64,000 nt of DNA from Octopus vulgaris. Its lineage: Eukaryota. Shown piece by piece: positions 12,759 through 26,984 of the stretch. A program made the translations under genes and the position numbers. The notes beneath the pieces were generated by a model, which worked only from the letters and a program-made list of their open reading frames with translations, was not told where the DNA came from and searched no databases. Each line of letters begins with the position of its first letter. Positions within the stretch are counted from its first letter, which is position 1. The stretch lies in assembly GCA_951406725.2 (NCBI GenBank), contig OX597822.1:9052001-9116000 (forward strand). Direction: 5' to 3'.

Positions 12759-13129
12759 GGCACAATGGCCCAGTGGTTAGGGCAGCAGATTCGCGGTCGT
12801 AAGATCGCGGTTTCGATTCCTAGACCGGGCGTCGTGAGTGTTTATTGAGCGAAAACACTTAAAGCTCCACAAGGCTCCGGCAGGGGATGGTGGCGAACTC
12901 TGCTGTACTCTTCCACCACAACTTTCTCTCACTCTTTCTTCCTGTTTCTGTTGTACCTGTAATTCAAAGGGCCAGCCTTGTCACACTCTATGTCCCGCTG
13001 AATATCCCCGAGAATTACGTTAAGGGTACACGTGTTTGTGGAGTGTTCAGCCACTTGCACGCTAATTTCACGAGCAGGCTGTTCCGTTGATCGGATCAAC
13101 TTGAGCCCTCATCGTAGTAACCGACGGAG

Positions 13130-13134
<5 letters not shown>
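12759..13134 (+). mobile_element. SINE family C, full length
   Basis: A box TGGCCCAGTGG and B-box-like GTTTCGATTCC; colinear with the copy at 42518-42897. Confidence 0.9.
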
Positions 13135-13216
<82 letters not shown>

Positions 13217-13224
13217 GCATGTAT

Positions 13225-13810
13225 ATACATACATGCATATTGAGGACATCACCTTCCCTGCAGCTGAAATGACCTTGGATTTCTTTGGAGTAGCTAAAGG
13301 GGTGGTGGTCTTGGTTTCTGGCTCAAAGTCATGAAGACATCACTCATCCTAGCGAAGGAAAGGTTCAAGGAAACCAGCTAGGTCTGTCTCTAGCAAAGTC
13401 AGATCCTCCTGTGATGTGATCAGACCGGTGCACTTTTGATCAGTTGTCAGACGGCGTGGAACCCACCGCGGAGAAACCTTCGTCATGTCAAGATTATTAT
13501 GCAAAATATTCTCAACTCTCTCTCAGAATACGCTAAAAGCAATGGCTATTTGATTTATAGTCAATTGCCTGCCATCCATCACCATATGGTGAACACGATT
13601 AAATTTCTTCTAGGTGTTGGCAGTCCCAAGATGTCCACACCCTGGGTCATATTCAAGGCTCTCTCTTTCCCTCCTAAATTTAGATGCCCACTTTTGCATT
13701 GTTGATAAACCTGGAGCGTCCTCCCTTAATGTAGCAATCATGTCAGCATGAATCTACATAGGGGACTAAAGACTTTTTCCGCAGATACTTGATGACACCA
13801 TCATCACAAA
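13225..13810 (-). pseudogene. Decayed mariner transposase
   Basis: Minus strand gives GVIKYLRKK, IHADMIATLREDAPGLSTMQKW, RWVPRRLTTDQK (WVP motif) and PKKSKVISAAGKVM, with frameshifts. Confidence 0.8.
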
Positions 13811-14866
13811 TTTGGCGATCTTTAAGAGAAGTCGCAACTAGTTACTTTTTAAATTACTTTTGAATAGTCAAATATTAGTTTACCGGGAAATAAGGAGAAG
13901 AGTTCAAATTAAAGCATGCACGATTTCACAGTACTAGCCTCATTCCTTCATAGTCATTCGATGAACATTTCAGCTCATCTTCATATCACTTGTTTTACGC
14001 TTTGGAAAAAGATTTCTTTCATTATGTGATTGGACTCTATCTACAGTAACCCATGGAAGGATCAATGCCAAGACGACTGTCATTTTAACTGAACAGACGT
14101 ATCTTACCTTTACCTACTTCTGTTTAATTTGATATAGCAGAAATGTACTCAGCACAGAATTCCTCAAAATGTTAAATATCCAGTGAATATTTTATTTTGG
14201 GAAATATTTACAAAAGATCTCATCTTATACGGATTTGAAAAATGTTAAGCAAAACTAGAAACAAATACAAATGTTAAGGTAACACAACCAAACAACTTTT
14301 ACATATAGGTATATCTCAGATTATATGTTTAAAGTGACAAAGAACTAAAAACATTATTTCACGTATTAAATAAATCTACTGGAGATTTGTTTTAGAAAGA
14401 TTATTCACGAATGTATGAATAGAATGGTGAGAGGCCTTATACAACTAATGAATACTTTTACAAAATATCTACTGCGAGCCTACAAAAATATTCTGCTAAG
14501 AATCAAGGAAAAGTAACATGAAACATGAGCAAAAAAAAAAATACTTTCTGTCTACAAAGAAACCAATAAATAGAAAACAGCGACTACAAAATCATAGCAG
14601 CAAAGAAAACGGAGAAACAGTAATCGAGAAACAGATTAAAATCTGAGATGTGCTAAAAACGCAGAATTTAGGGCAAAACGGGGGAAAGAAAGGTGCATGG
14701 GTGTTGAGTGCCTTCCATGATAATTTTACATCCAAGTACCAAAGCTTACAATTTGTGGAAAGAGACCCTGTGGAACCTCTGACAAAAGGTTACTGACCGC
14801 TCCCACAGAATCAAACAAAGAAAGGCCAAGAGCGATGAGAAGTGAAATAATTATAATAATAATAAT

Positions 14867-15398
14867 GATAAATGCCCTGATGCAGTACCAGGCGCTGGCT
14901 CTCATGGCTTCTGATCTTAACTGTTTGGAAGCGTCATCATGTACATTGTTTTGTCTTAGTATAAAAGATGGGTTTCAACAAATATTCTGCTCAATACCAC
15001 AGATTTGCTTCTCCGTTGTTTGGCTTTAACCAACTGAAGTATGCCTCTTGGTTGCTAACGATATGTACATCTCTGATCACGAGCAGGAGTGGTGGGAGAA
15101 TATCATAGCCCACTATGAATAATTCACCTCTGTAAACAGGGATATTTCATTCAACATCCTAAAACGACCCTTATTCAGGGACCTTTTGAGCGGGATGGGC
15201 TACTCGACCTATAATACATTGTAACTGTTCCCCACCTGCAAGGTGTTTGTCTTGATATGGGATCACCATGCCACGCACATATGTTTGTTATGCATGTAAC
15301 TGGTATACCTTTATCAGACGAGTAGTCATGATGAGTATATTGCGTTTTATATATTTTTATCTTAGTGTCACTTTGATGGAATGCTCTGCATTCTCACT

Positions 15399-15400
<2 letters not shown>
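14867..15400 (+). mobile_element. Unclassified ~530-bp insertion bracketed by (AAT)n
   Basis: Sharp boundaries between a short (ATA)n at 14846-14866 and (AAT)n at 15402-15483; higher GC than flanks. Confidence 0.45.
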
Positions 15401-15484
<84 letters not shown>

Positions 15485-15816
15485 TGACACTGCACTAGCT
15501 GGAATATTAAGCATGGAGCCATACTACGGCTAACTACATTACACAGTACAAAAACATTGTGCTCCTAAGAACAGCTTCCATGTCTTGTGCAATATATTTT
15601 CAATTCAATACAATATTTCACGGTTCAATAGAGTAACCGAGGCGTTTCTCACACAACATAGACCTTACACATTGCGCACCTATTCGTGCTACATATCCTA
15701 TAGAAGTCTAAGGACCATATTCTGTAGGTTAATAAATATATTCTATAGAAGGTTAATAAACTAACATACACCATGTTACATACACCACGCGCAGCAGAAC
15801 AAACACTAATACAAAT

Positions 15817-16038
15817 GCTGGACATTGTTGTAGAGCTGAAAACGAGGTAATTTCTACTATTCTCCTCTGGAAGCCATCTACTCGCAATACCAGAGGGCGC
15901 ACACTCTCCTACCCTGATGTAATCTCCAGGGATACAGGCATCCAGCAACAGGACCTCCGTAATGCCATGATGGACCGTGAAGTCTGGCGTAGCATAGTAA
16001 ATTCCATTGTCTCGACCACGGTCGAACAATGATGATGA
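15817..16038 (+). mobile_element. 5'-truncated RTE-group LINE 3' end
   Basis: Open frame AGHCCRAENEVISTILLWKPSTRNTRGRTLSYPDVISRDTGIQQQDLRNAMMDREVWRSIVNSIVSTTVEQ* followed by a (TGA)n tail. Confidence 0.7.
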
Positions 16039-16249
16039 AGGCATTAAATAACATAGCAAAAACAAACTGATGTAGTAAATATACAGAACCAATCTCTTCC
16101 GATCCTCACACAATAATGATAAGAACACGATGCTGTAGAAACCACAGGGAAAAGGAGATGCACTCGGTAGTACAGTAGAAACTATGTAATACAGAGAGAA
16201 ACAAACAGCATGCAAAAGATTTCCTACGAGTTTCTTTGTACTTCAAAAC

Positions 16250-16430
16250 TTGTATGATGACCGCGACGTGTCTACTCATTTCTAACCCGTTCCCTCTTTT
16301 TACCCGCCGATTTGTATGATGACCGCATCGTCTCCACTCACTGTTAACCTGTTCCCTCGATTTCACCACCCGAATTGTACGATGTCCTCGACGTGTCATA
16401 ACATTTGTTATCTGTTTCCTCGTTTTCCCC
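16250..16430 (+). repeat. Diverged minisatellite, 3 x ~62 bp
   Basis: Units start TTGTATGATGACCGC (16250), TTGTATGATGACCGC (16312) and TTGTACGATGTCCTC (16375). Confidence 0.75.
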
Positions 16431-16447
16431 TACCATATTATGTTTCT

Positions 16448-16678
16448 TATTTCTTTACTGCCCACAAGGGGCTAAACATAGAGATGACAAACAAGGACAG
16501 ACAAAGGGATTAAGTCGATTACATCGACCTCAGTACGTAACTGGTACTTAGCTTATCGACCCCGAACGGATGAAAGGCAAAGTCGACCTCGGCGGAATTT
16601 GAACTCAGAACGTAACGGCAGACGAAATACCGCTAGGCATTTCGTCCGGCGTGCTAACGTTTCTGCCAGCTTGCCGCC
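16448..16678 (-). mobile_element. SINE family B (tRNA head plus Meta-domain-like core), full length
   Basis: Reverse complement reads GGCGGCAAGCTGGCAGAAACGTTAGC...GAGTTCAAATTCC...GACTTTGCCTTTCATCC...AAAGAAATA. Confidence 0.9.
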
Positions 16679-17709
16679 TAGAAACCATATTATGTATCTT
16701 GTTGAATAAATACTTTTCCGCTTGCATGAAGCATCTGATTTTTGGTTATTACTTGAAATTCCATTAGAGAACTTGGGATGCAACGTTCCTGGACTGTGCC
16801 TTCCTTCAAGCTCATTATATATCCATAGACACATTCACATACACGCACGCACACACACATACATGCATAGGCACACAAGCATATATACCTATATAGATAC
16901 AAACATATATGTATTTATCACCAAAAGCAGAGTTAAATATGGCATTTCAGAATGATCTGCATATTTGCATATCATCATTGTTCCACTTAAAAATCGAATA
17001 TTTAGCATATGTGTTTTAATGGGTATTTTTTTATATAAACATATGTCTGTACGATTATGTACCCTTTAGGAATTTGGGGAATCAGCCAGTAAATTAAAGA
17101 CATTTTTATTGTATCCTTATTCACTCTAGACTATATAAGGATATATTCTTTTATATTCACATGAAGTGGTTGTAGTAATGGCAAGAGTGATAGTTTAGCG
17201 TCCAAATATTTATATTATGGAAATTCTAAGAACCACTATTTAAATGAATCAATATTGACTTTAGAGAGTTTCTTCTTTTGAAAATTTGAATTTAACATTA
17301 TACCTCAATTAAATAACTCTGGTCATACATTTTTACTGCTGAATAAATATTTTTTTTTCTTTTTCCTCAAATTTTTTATTCTTCATCTTTTAATGTTTAT
17401 TCATTGAATTTAATTCAGAATACTAAATTTAAAACATAATTTTCTTTCAGTCACTATCTCGACACCACTGTGTTTTGAGTGACTTAAGCATATACACGCA
17501 GTCAACAATAAATGTAACTAAAGTGTGCCTATTCTCATATAACATATATATTTATATATATGGCATGTATGTATCCGTACGTATATGTACGAAGATATAT
17601 ATGTGTGTATATGCTAGTGAATACATATGCAAAGATACATGTAAATATACATATTCATACGTATATATACAAAACACAAACATGTATATACATATGCATA
17701 CATATGCAC

Positions 17710-17750
<41 letters not shown>

Positions 17751-19648
17751 TGTGTTTGAATGTTTGTCTATAAAACGAAGAATTACCAAATCAAAAACAA
17801 CCTTAACATTAACTTCAAAAGTGAACAAGAGTTAAAAAAGAACTAAATAATGTGAAAATATTAAGAAAGAAAAATTTAACAGAACAACAAATAGAGTAAC
17901 AATAGGAGTATTTGAAATCCTTCCATCAAGATAAAAATAAAGTTCAAACAGAAAATTAGGTTAACTTAATGTTAGTATAACATTTTTTATATCATCCAAC
18001 TGCATTGTTTTATTCCTGTTTTTATTTACATTTTTATTGATGTTTTTCTTTTGTTTTGTTTTCTCACTTTTTTACATTTATATAAGTTATACAGTTTGAG
18101 TTGTTCGTGATAAAGATGTTTTGATTAATTGATTTTTATTTTCGCTCAGTCCTTTTTAATAATCCACATTGTTTACCGACCTGCTTGAAAATCACATTTC
18201 CCATGAGAATGTTGTCAAATTTTCATTCTTAACAAATTTTAGCTTTCATTTCAAAAAGTGATACAAATTCATACTTTTTTTTAAAAATTAAATGTTTATT
18301 TTTAAATTAATATTTTTGTTTCTGAGTGTGTGTTTATTTCATTTATTTTTTTTTGTCACTTTTGCTTTTTCTTTTCAGTTATATTTTCTTTCTGTGTTTG
18401 CATATGTATGTGTGCATGCGCGTGTCTGCGTATGTAGTCGTGTTTTAGTACGTACGCATTCATGACTGGCGCTATTAGAGTAATTTCTAAGGCGTAAGCA
18501 ACTTATCACAGAAGTAAACAAACTTAAAATAACTATAATGTTTAGAAAGTTGCAGTAATATCATTTGCATTGTTCTCCACATCGATTTTACACGTTCCTT
18601 CTGAGAAGTTTATCTAAAATATTGAAGTTCAATGTAAACATTGGGAAACAAATACTTTAAAGTGTAAATCAAAGATATTACACGAAAGCCCAGAGGAATA
18701 CAGATATATATATACATATATGTGCGCATATGTGTATGTGTGTGGCTATGCGTATGAACTTAGGTACTGCATTAGTAGCGAATTTATCAATATATGTGTG
18801 CTTGGGTATTTCTGTATATATATATATGTGTGTGTGTGTGTCTACATGCATGCATATATGTACAATAAATGTATATATTCACATACATATATAGCTATGT
18901 GTATATATTTATATATGCATATATATATATATATATTATACTTCCATGTGGGTGAGAGAGAGTGACAGAGAGACTGGGGGATAGAGTCCGGCAGAGAACA
19001 GATAGGGGAAATGAGTAACGACTGAATGAGAGAAAGTCAATAACAGTTATATGATAATGTTCTCTGCAAACAAACTCTGTACTTGTGGTTCATGTCTTGC
19101 TTTGCATTAGTCTCTGCAACATGTTCTTAGAGAAGATACTTCCTGGTAACCTAGGCCTCCACATAGCTGGAAACATATACTACAAGAATAGAATCTTTCT
19201 CATTCTAGTAATCGGACGGACCTTTGTATTATCTGTCTCGATCGAAAGTTACTCGTTTGCATAAAACGGGGGTGGGTGGACATTGTGCTCCACAAAGAAT
19301 ACTTGCCAACATACGATATAAACATTCCGGTGGAGAAATATCTCGGTAACCGTTCAGACTCCAAGAAATAACAACAATATCTCCTCTGCACGAAAGCTTA
19401 CTTTAATAAGTTTGAGTAAAAGGCAATTCATAATGTAATCTCAAACGTACTCCTGAAATGAGACGATGATATTAGAGAGAATAGATGAAAGTCTCCCCAT
19501 TCGGAGTTGATTTGAGGCAAAACAACTACAACAATATGCGACTTCACAAACATTATATAAATAAGAATTATTTAACTGCGCCCGGGCAATAAAATTCAGT
19601 AACAAGTAATATGTATATGTAAGTGTATATATGTTTGTATATATACAT

Positions 19649-19771
19649 GACTTTGCCTTTTATCCTTTCGGGGTCGATAAATTAAGTACCAGTTACGCAC
19701 TGGGGTCTATGTAATTGACTTAATCCATTTGTGCCCTTTATGTTTAGCCCCTTGTGGGCAATAAAGAAATA
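19649..19771 (+). mobile_element. SINE family B, 5'-truncated
   Basis: GACTTTGCCTTTTATCCTTTCGGGGTCGATAAATTAAGTACCAG...GCAATAAAGAAATA. Confidence 0.9.
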
Positions 19772-20212
19772 TATATACATATATTACAATGCCAAAGATC
19801 TCTAAGATCTCTCACACTCATACACACTTTATATAAATATCAATTTGACTGAAACTTCATGTTTTGGCCATTGACGTTTTCGACCAGTTTACCTGAGTCA
19901 CCAAATGAGAGGATGAACAATGTAATAGAAAAGCAACTTTCAATTAATAAATTTTCTAATGGCAATTAGACAAATTCATAAATTTTCTGAGCTGTATTTG
20001 AGTTCATATATATATACTGTGCATGATTTATACTTCATGGTATTTTCCAAAGAGGTGACTGTTTCCTGAGGACTTAAATCATGATGGCTTTCTAAAATCA
20101 AAGTAAAATAAGCTCTGGCTTGCAGAATTCTGAACGGAAAGCAAATCTTACAGTAAAGGGCTGCAGAATAGTGAAATATATTATGTCTAAAACCATCGAA
20201 CTACAGCAGTGT

Positions 20213-20522
20213 TGGGTCATCCAATAAATAATGGAGGTTTTCAATTGCATGAACTAAAATTCGGGTCGGGACGGAATATCCTACCTGCATCAACTTGTTA
20301 TAAAAGCAGGTAGTAATTTCACCTTGTCCTTATTCTTAGTGCAAATTTTGAAGAGTGCAGTTCGATTTTAACAGTTATTTTTATCAAAGCGATAATGAAA
20401 GAGAGAAAGGAACATATTTGACATATTTTACTTTGAGAGTTCAATGAAGGTAACAACGCAACGGGAAGTGCGAGGAATATTAATGCAGTTTATGGGGATT
20501 GGACAATAAGCATAAGCCAGTG
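20213..20522 (+). mobile_element. Mariner 5' fragment (TIR-like end plus HTH N-terminus)
   Basis: MKERKEHI*HILL*EFNEGNNATGSARNINAVYGDWTIS resembles the Mos1/SETMAR-type N-terminal HTH; TTGGGTCATCCAATAAATAATG at the left end. Confidence 0.7.
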
Positions 20523-20952
20523 GATGCATATAGTCAGGTTACTTCCTTCGCCTGCAATGATTCAGTAATCAGTATCAATTTTGTTTGTTTGTTTTTTGAC
20601 ACCTGATATGTGTAACCATATCTTTGTATCTTAGTCTACCATGATTTCTCATTAGGCAGTTATGAGAAGAATATTCGTCTTGGTTACTCTAATCTTTGGA
20701 TATGTCAAAATCAACTGAGATTTTTTGATCCAATGTTACTTTTAAACCGCAAGCTTAGCTTTCACTAGAATGATTGTGCTCTTGTATATATAATAATGCT
20801 TGATCTCATTGTGGATTCATGGAGTATGTTTACAATACTAATATGACATGCATCTACTCACTAGTTAAAGCACATTTTAAGTTGTGATTCCCTGATTATG
20901 TGTGATGAAAATGAAACATGTCCATAACTGTCAGTGCTAATTAAAACAAAAA

Positions 20953-21939
20953 CCTGAATTATCTTAAAATCGCCGTCACTTTTCTAAAATAAAATAAGAA
21001 CTACAATAATTGCTGCTAGGATTTTTTCTTCTTTCTCCAACTAACGCGAAAATACCAAATCCTTAACATTTTATTTACGTTTCTAGAGACTTCATTCCCC
21101 TAAATGAATTATTAGCTCACTTAAATCCTTTTTTAGATTCACTTTGTATACACAAATCATACTGGTCTATACACAAATCATACTTTGTTGACGTGCTCAA
21201 TTGTCACATTGTCCGTTAACAAATTTTATTCATTTCCTCTCAATACGAAAATTCATTTTTATGTAAAATTAAAACTTAAGTTATTGAAAATCTGTCACTT
21301 TTTCTCGGAAACCTGCTAATAATTGCCATTATGTTTTCAACCAAGTATCAAACTGCATTTCATTGAGATGTGTTTGCTATTCAGTAATACCAGTGCCTAT
21401 AATAACAAAAGGTAGGTATATATATGTTAGCATGTTTATATCTATATATATGTACAAGCTGCAAACTAAATTTCTGGGATATTTTAAATGTTCATACAGT
21501 TAGAAAAACTTGGGTTACCATTCAATTTTCTCAATAAAACTAGAAGTAATAAGTTTCTGTTTAGCTTTCTCAGTGTAGTTGCTCCCTTTTTCTTTGCCTA
21601 TTTTGTCAGCGTCTCTGTGTTTACTTCTAGTGCTTCCCTGCAAAGCAATGAACTAAAGACTGAGACAACTATCGCTATGAACTTAAATAAAACGTTCTCT
21701 CATTTAGATAAGGAAAATACCGTTGATCAACATGCATGAATGTGTATACAAAGTTAATCTAGAAAAGGATTTAAGTGAGCTAATAATTCATTTAGGGGAA
21801 TGAAGTCCCGAGAAACGTAAAGAAAATTTTAATGATTTAGTATTTTCGCGTTAGTTGGAGAAAGAAGAAAAATTCCTTGCAGCAATTATTGGAATTCTTA
21901 TTTTATTTTAGAAAAGTGATGGCGATTTTAAGATGCAGG
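20953..21939. mobile_element. Non-autonomous DNA transposon / MITE with ~194-bp terminal inverted repeats
   Basis: 20961-21154 is the reverse complement of 21741-21934 (about 90% by eye); outer ends CCTG...CAGG; spacer about 590 bp. Confidence 0.85.
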
Positions 21940-22122
21940 AATGCAAGCATATTTATGTATTTGTTTCTTTGTCATATGTGTACGTATATAGATAGATTAT
22001 AGTAAACCCAAGCGAAAAAACGACCGGTATGGAGAATGCTTAGCAAGTCTTGCCAGTCCTATGAACAGACATTGTCAACCACATCTAACTGCAGAATGAT
22101 AAGAATAACATATAAGTTATAT

Positions 22123-22555
22123 ACTCTCTTTACTCTTTTACTCTTTTACTTGTTTCAGTCATTTGACTGCGGCCATGCTGGAGCACCGCCTTTAGTCGAA
22201 CAAATCGACCCCGGGACTTATTCTTTTTGTAAGCCCAGTACTTATTCTATCGGTGTCTTTTGCCAAACCGCTAAGTGACGGGGACGTAAACACACCAGCA
22301 CCGGTTGTCAAGCAATGCTAGGGGGACAAACATCGACACACAAACACACAAACACACACACATACACATATATACATATATATACATATATACGACAGGC
22401 TTCTTTCAGTTTCCGTCTGCCAAATCCACTCACAAGGCATTGGTCGGCCCGGGGCTATAGCAGAAGACACTTGCCCGAGATGCCACGCAGTGGGACTGAA
22501 CCCGGAACCATGTGGTTGGTAAGCAAGCTACTTACCACACAGCCACTCCTGCGCC
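22123..22555 (-). mobile_element. SINE family A (tRNA head, CORE-like segment, internal CA/TA tract, GTAAAAGA tail), full length
   Basis: Colinear with the copies at 29105, 34220 and 49140. Confidence 0.92.
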
Positions 22556-22875
22556 TATATATAAATGAAGTTCTTTTCAGGATTGTGCGATCTGCAGGAA
22601 TGATGATCAACCCTGTAAACGTTCTTTGCAGTAAAACAGGAATTATTTACAACAGCTGAGAAATATAGGTCGGCGTACATATAAATGAAGATATGTCTCA
22701 CCAGGGGCTTATTCTCTTTACAACACCGAGCTATATTCACACATACTGACTTACACAAAAAAACATATATAAGTGCGTATGTACGAGCATATACAATTAA
22801 ATTTGGTATATAGATAGAGGTATCTAAGCATATATGTGTGCGTATCCTACATGTGTGTATATGTCTGCGTGTTGG

Positions 22876-22926
<51 letters not shown>

Positions 22927-22954
22927 ATTCATACATATATACACTCACACACAC

Positions 22955-23009
<55 letters not shown>

Positions 23010-23204
23010 TATGTGTGTAGAGATGTAAGTATATAAATATATATATGTATGTAAGTATGTATTGATAGATAGATAGGTACATACATATAGTTATAAATAT
23101 ATAGACATCGATATCGATATAAATATATATATATTCATATAAATATATGTTTGTTTGTGTGTGTGTGTGTGTTTGTGTATGTGTGTTTTTGTGTGTGCGT
23201 GTGC

Positions 23205-23241
<37 letters not shown>

Positions 23242-24526
23242 CCACCAACATTTCCAAGATTAGTCTTCTGACAATTCATGTTAGCAAGAAACTTAAAGTA
23301 ATGTGTCTGTAAAACTTTAAATTTCCAATAAATCAATCAATATGCTCACCGACATTTAGTGCTGTCTGTTATCGTAGAAGGTTCCCTATTAGATTTATCC
23401 TCTGTCTCTCTTTCTATGTCCGCACATGTGTGTGCGTATGTGTATGTGTGTCTGTGTATGTTTATGTGTCTTGTGTACGCATTTTGTTTGAGAGCATGTG
23501 TGTGAGTGTTTTTGTCTATTAGCGCATTACTTTCTAAACTTTCACAATAACCGGTGTTTTACATGCTCAACGTGTATGATTTAATATCATTATTGTAAAA
23601 ATGAGGTGATATCAATAAGATTATATTCTCAACTTCTTTGAAATGTGATCTACTAGATAATTGTGTTTTGAGATCAGATTTTTCTGCCCAATAAATTTAT
23701 GAGCTCGAATAAATTTAGTGAAGATAATATTGCCAGCAACAACCAGAGAAAATAAATGATGACGGATAAGCACATGAGAGCATTGATTCTTGTCTACTAA
23801 GTTAGATAATTTCTTTTACCACAAGCAACATACGAATCTAGTTTCCAAATTTTATTTTTCAGTTGTATGCGCGTGGAATTATAAAAGCTTATGGTGTTTT
23901 AGACTGTCAGCGTAAACTAGAAATATAAGTAATCAACTAATACGGAGGCCATTTTGAAGTCTAGTGAATCTAAATGCGCGTATTTTATTCTGGATAATTT
24001 TGTATGGCTGCTGTATTGAACGATAATGTATAGTTTGTCGGAGATTAATTTGTAAGTAGGTACGAATAGAATTAAAGATGCCGAGAGGCAATTAGGCTTT
24101 TACGAAATTTTATATAATAATATAGGAATATATCAATTCTGTATCATTTAGTCGATGTCTTCAAGTCATCTTGGTGATCGTTGTCGTCAACATTGTCAAT
24201 GAAGAAATTGTAATTGCCCAAAACATTGTTATTATCGTTGTATCACTCTTGTTTTTATTTGGTGGGTTTCATGGCCTAACGAATGCAAAGACAGTATTTA
24301 AAGCAATAGGTGACACTGTTGTCTGATTATATAAAATGAAAAATATAAAATAAATTAATCATACCTAATGTTTTAGACTTACAATGGCATTAACCATTGG
24401 TGTCAATGTTGTACATTCTTTCAAGATGCTTTCTTTAAAATGATATTGGATCATCTTTACTGCGTATATAAACCGTCTGTTTAAATACTCAACAATTCTG
24501 GAAGCTACTGACAAATTTATTTCTAA

Positions 24527-24921
24527 CTAGCAGTATCGCCCGGCGTTGCTCGGGTTTGTAAGGAAAATAACTATATAAGCATTTTTAGAGATGTAAAGTA
24601 TAATAGCCATCTCAATATGGCTAACCACAAAGGGGGGGTGTTACTGTAGCTTTTTACATTCTGAGATTTAATAATAAATTTTTAGAGAGTTACTTCCCTT
24701 ATATATGCCAAAAATGCATTAAAAATTGGAAAAATCGATGGTAAATTTTTTTTAAATCGTAGACTCATCGTAGACGCGCGCTAATACCCAGAAGGGCTTG
24801 ATATGAATCACGACTATAAGATACCCGGTTTTGGTTAAACTGCACCACAAAATGTGGGAGTAGTTAGGAATCTAAATCGTAGGAGACAGACAGCACACAA
24901 CCTTACTTTTATATATAAAGA
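24527..24921 (-). mobile_element. Non-autonomous Helitron, body type 1
   Basis: Minus strand starts TC and ends with hairpin CCCGAGCAACGCCGGG plus CTAG; inserted between A and T with no TSD. Confidence 0.85.
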
Positions 24922-25551
24922 TTTGCATACCGTAAGGTTTTAACGTTCTTATTTAAACGTCGCTGGTTACAAATTTTCAACGAACCGTTCTCAGCAGTTT
25001 TCATCAAGGCGGTGCTCCAACATGGCTGCAGTCAAACGACTGAAACATGTAAAAGAATAAAATAATTTATTGGGTCCTTCTTTCTCTAATAGATTGCCAT
25101 GAATTTTATCTAGCATAAATCAGATGGGTGTGGTCTTTATGCACATAGATTAATTACTATTCGTTGAAGAACTTACTGCATTGTACATTTAGAAGTAAAA
25201 AAGCGACGTCTTTTTAGGGACCTTCAAACAAGTGAGAGGAATGTTAGAAACGTAACGTCGCGTGGATTTATTTTTAGGGCTTGCAACAAAGTGGACTTAA
25301 CTAAAGGAACACAAGGACTAGATTGTTTTAAATTGGAGATGTTATGGATGATTCCAAAGAGCAGATACAGTCTATTGAACAGGCTTCTAACCATTTTCTT
25401 TATACCCAATTTCCGACACAAGGCTTGCGTTGATCCTAAGACATTGCAGAAAATACTCGTTGAATGTGTTGCATTGTAGTATCGAACCTATAAAACCAAT
25501 AGTTGCGACGCGAGTATCTTTACCACGCGACCAAATCTGCAAATACAATAG

Positions 25552-25737
25552 GAAGCTAGTATTTGCGTTGCTGTTCATAATAAAGAATGTTTCATCTTTA
25601 TAGTGGCTTTATTTACTTCGTCAGAAGAGGAAGTGTAGCGTCCAGAAGCTAGTATTTGCGTTGCTGTTCATAATAAAGAATGTTTCATCTTTATAGTGGC
25701 TTTATTTACTTCGTCAGAAGAGGAAGTGTAGCGTCCA
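25552..25737 (+). repeat. Perfect 93-bp tandem duplication
   Basis: 25552-25644 matches 25645-25737 (GAAGCTAGTATTTGCG...GTAGCGTCCA). Confidence 0.92.
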
Positions 25738-26399
25738 AGCGTATTTTCATTACTTCTCTGGTGGGAGTAATGGAGGACGTTACTCTTGCCATCAAGAAGT
25801 TCGACTCTAGAAAATGGATAAAAGGGACTAAGTAACAGAGCTAAAGTTACTGACGGATTATGCCAACATTCTCTAACGAGCTTCGATATAGATCTCACCA
25901 AACCAATTTTACTCACAGCTTTAGGCGATCCGTGCTTAGCTAAAAGACGCTTGACATTTGTGCCACGCAGAGGAATCAAACTTGAAACCTTGTTCTGATG
26001 AAGCAAAGTCCATAACCTCATAGCCATGCCTGAAATGGATGATACAGTAGAAAGCTGGCCGTTATTTATAACCCTGTCTATGTCAATACTTCATTATCTT
26101 GTATAGATATGAATATGAAGAAAAACATTTCATCTCTGAAGATGAGGTTAATAGTCCGAAAAATTATAATCGTATTAACAATAACTCATCTCACACATTT
26201 AGACATTTATTCATTATATTGATTTAAAATCCCACAGAGATCTATTCTGACGAGGTCAATGATATATAAGTATATGTAAGACTCTAGACATGATCGTATT
26301 GTCTCCATTTCCTAAACTTTTAGAATTTCTGTTGCAACTAGAGTATCAAGGAGAAATATATATTTCCATAACATTGCTGCTGCTGATGATGATGTTAGG

Positions 26400-26595
26400 T
26401 CCCATCTAAGCTGTAATTAGGCAAACGTATGACGGAAGGTGTTCCATCTGTGATCACCCAGTCTTTTCTTGCAGGTATAATGTACAAATATATTATCTAG
26501 TATGCAACAGAGTGTACTCTGTGATTAGAGGGTGATTACGATGCTGCTTCTAGCGGGTCCAATAGCCACATTGAGGATTACTTGTTGGCTTGCAA
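26400..26595 (+). repeat. Ancient dispersed repeat; related copies near 31760, 34000, 34730, 34965, 37097, 58540 and 58960
   Basis: Shared degenerate motif CAGGGTGATT..AG.GA.TTTGG.TGCT.TTTCTAGCAGGTC on either strand. Confidence 0.5.
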
Positions 26596-26702
26596 AAATT
26601 TAGCTAATCAGTTTGTGAATAAATATTGTAACAAAAGAGTTGTGCTTGATGAGGATTTGCAGATTCGGGGCAATGGGTAAATATAATGGTTATATATATA
26701 TA

Positions 26703-26984
<282 letters not shown>

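Noticed and set aside
12759-12832. Functional tRNA gene
   Set aside because: The tRNA-like head continues into a SINE body found in several dispersed copies.
25575-25630. Minus-strand CTGACGA...GAAAC within the 93-bp duplication
   Set aside because: Stems I and II do not pair.
26131-26175. CTGAAGA...CCGAAA hammerhead candidate
   Set aside because: No stem I partner or stem III/UH site.
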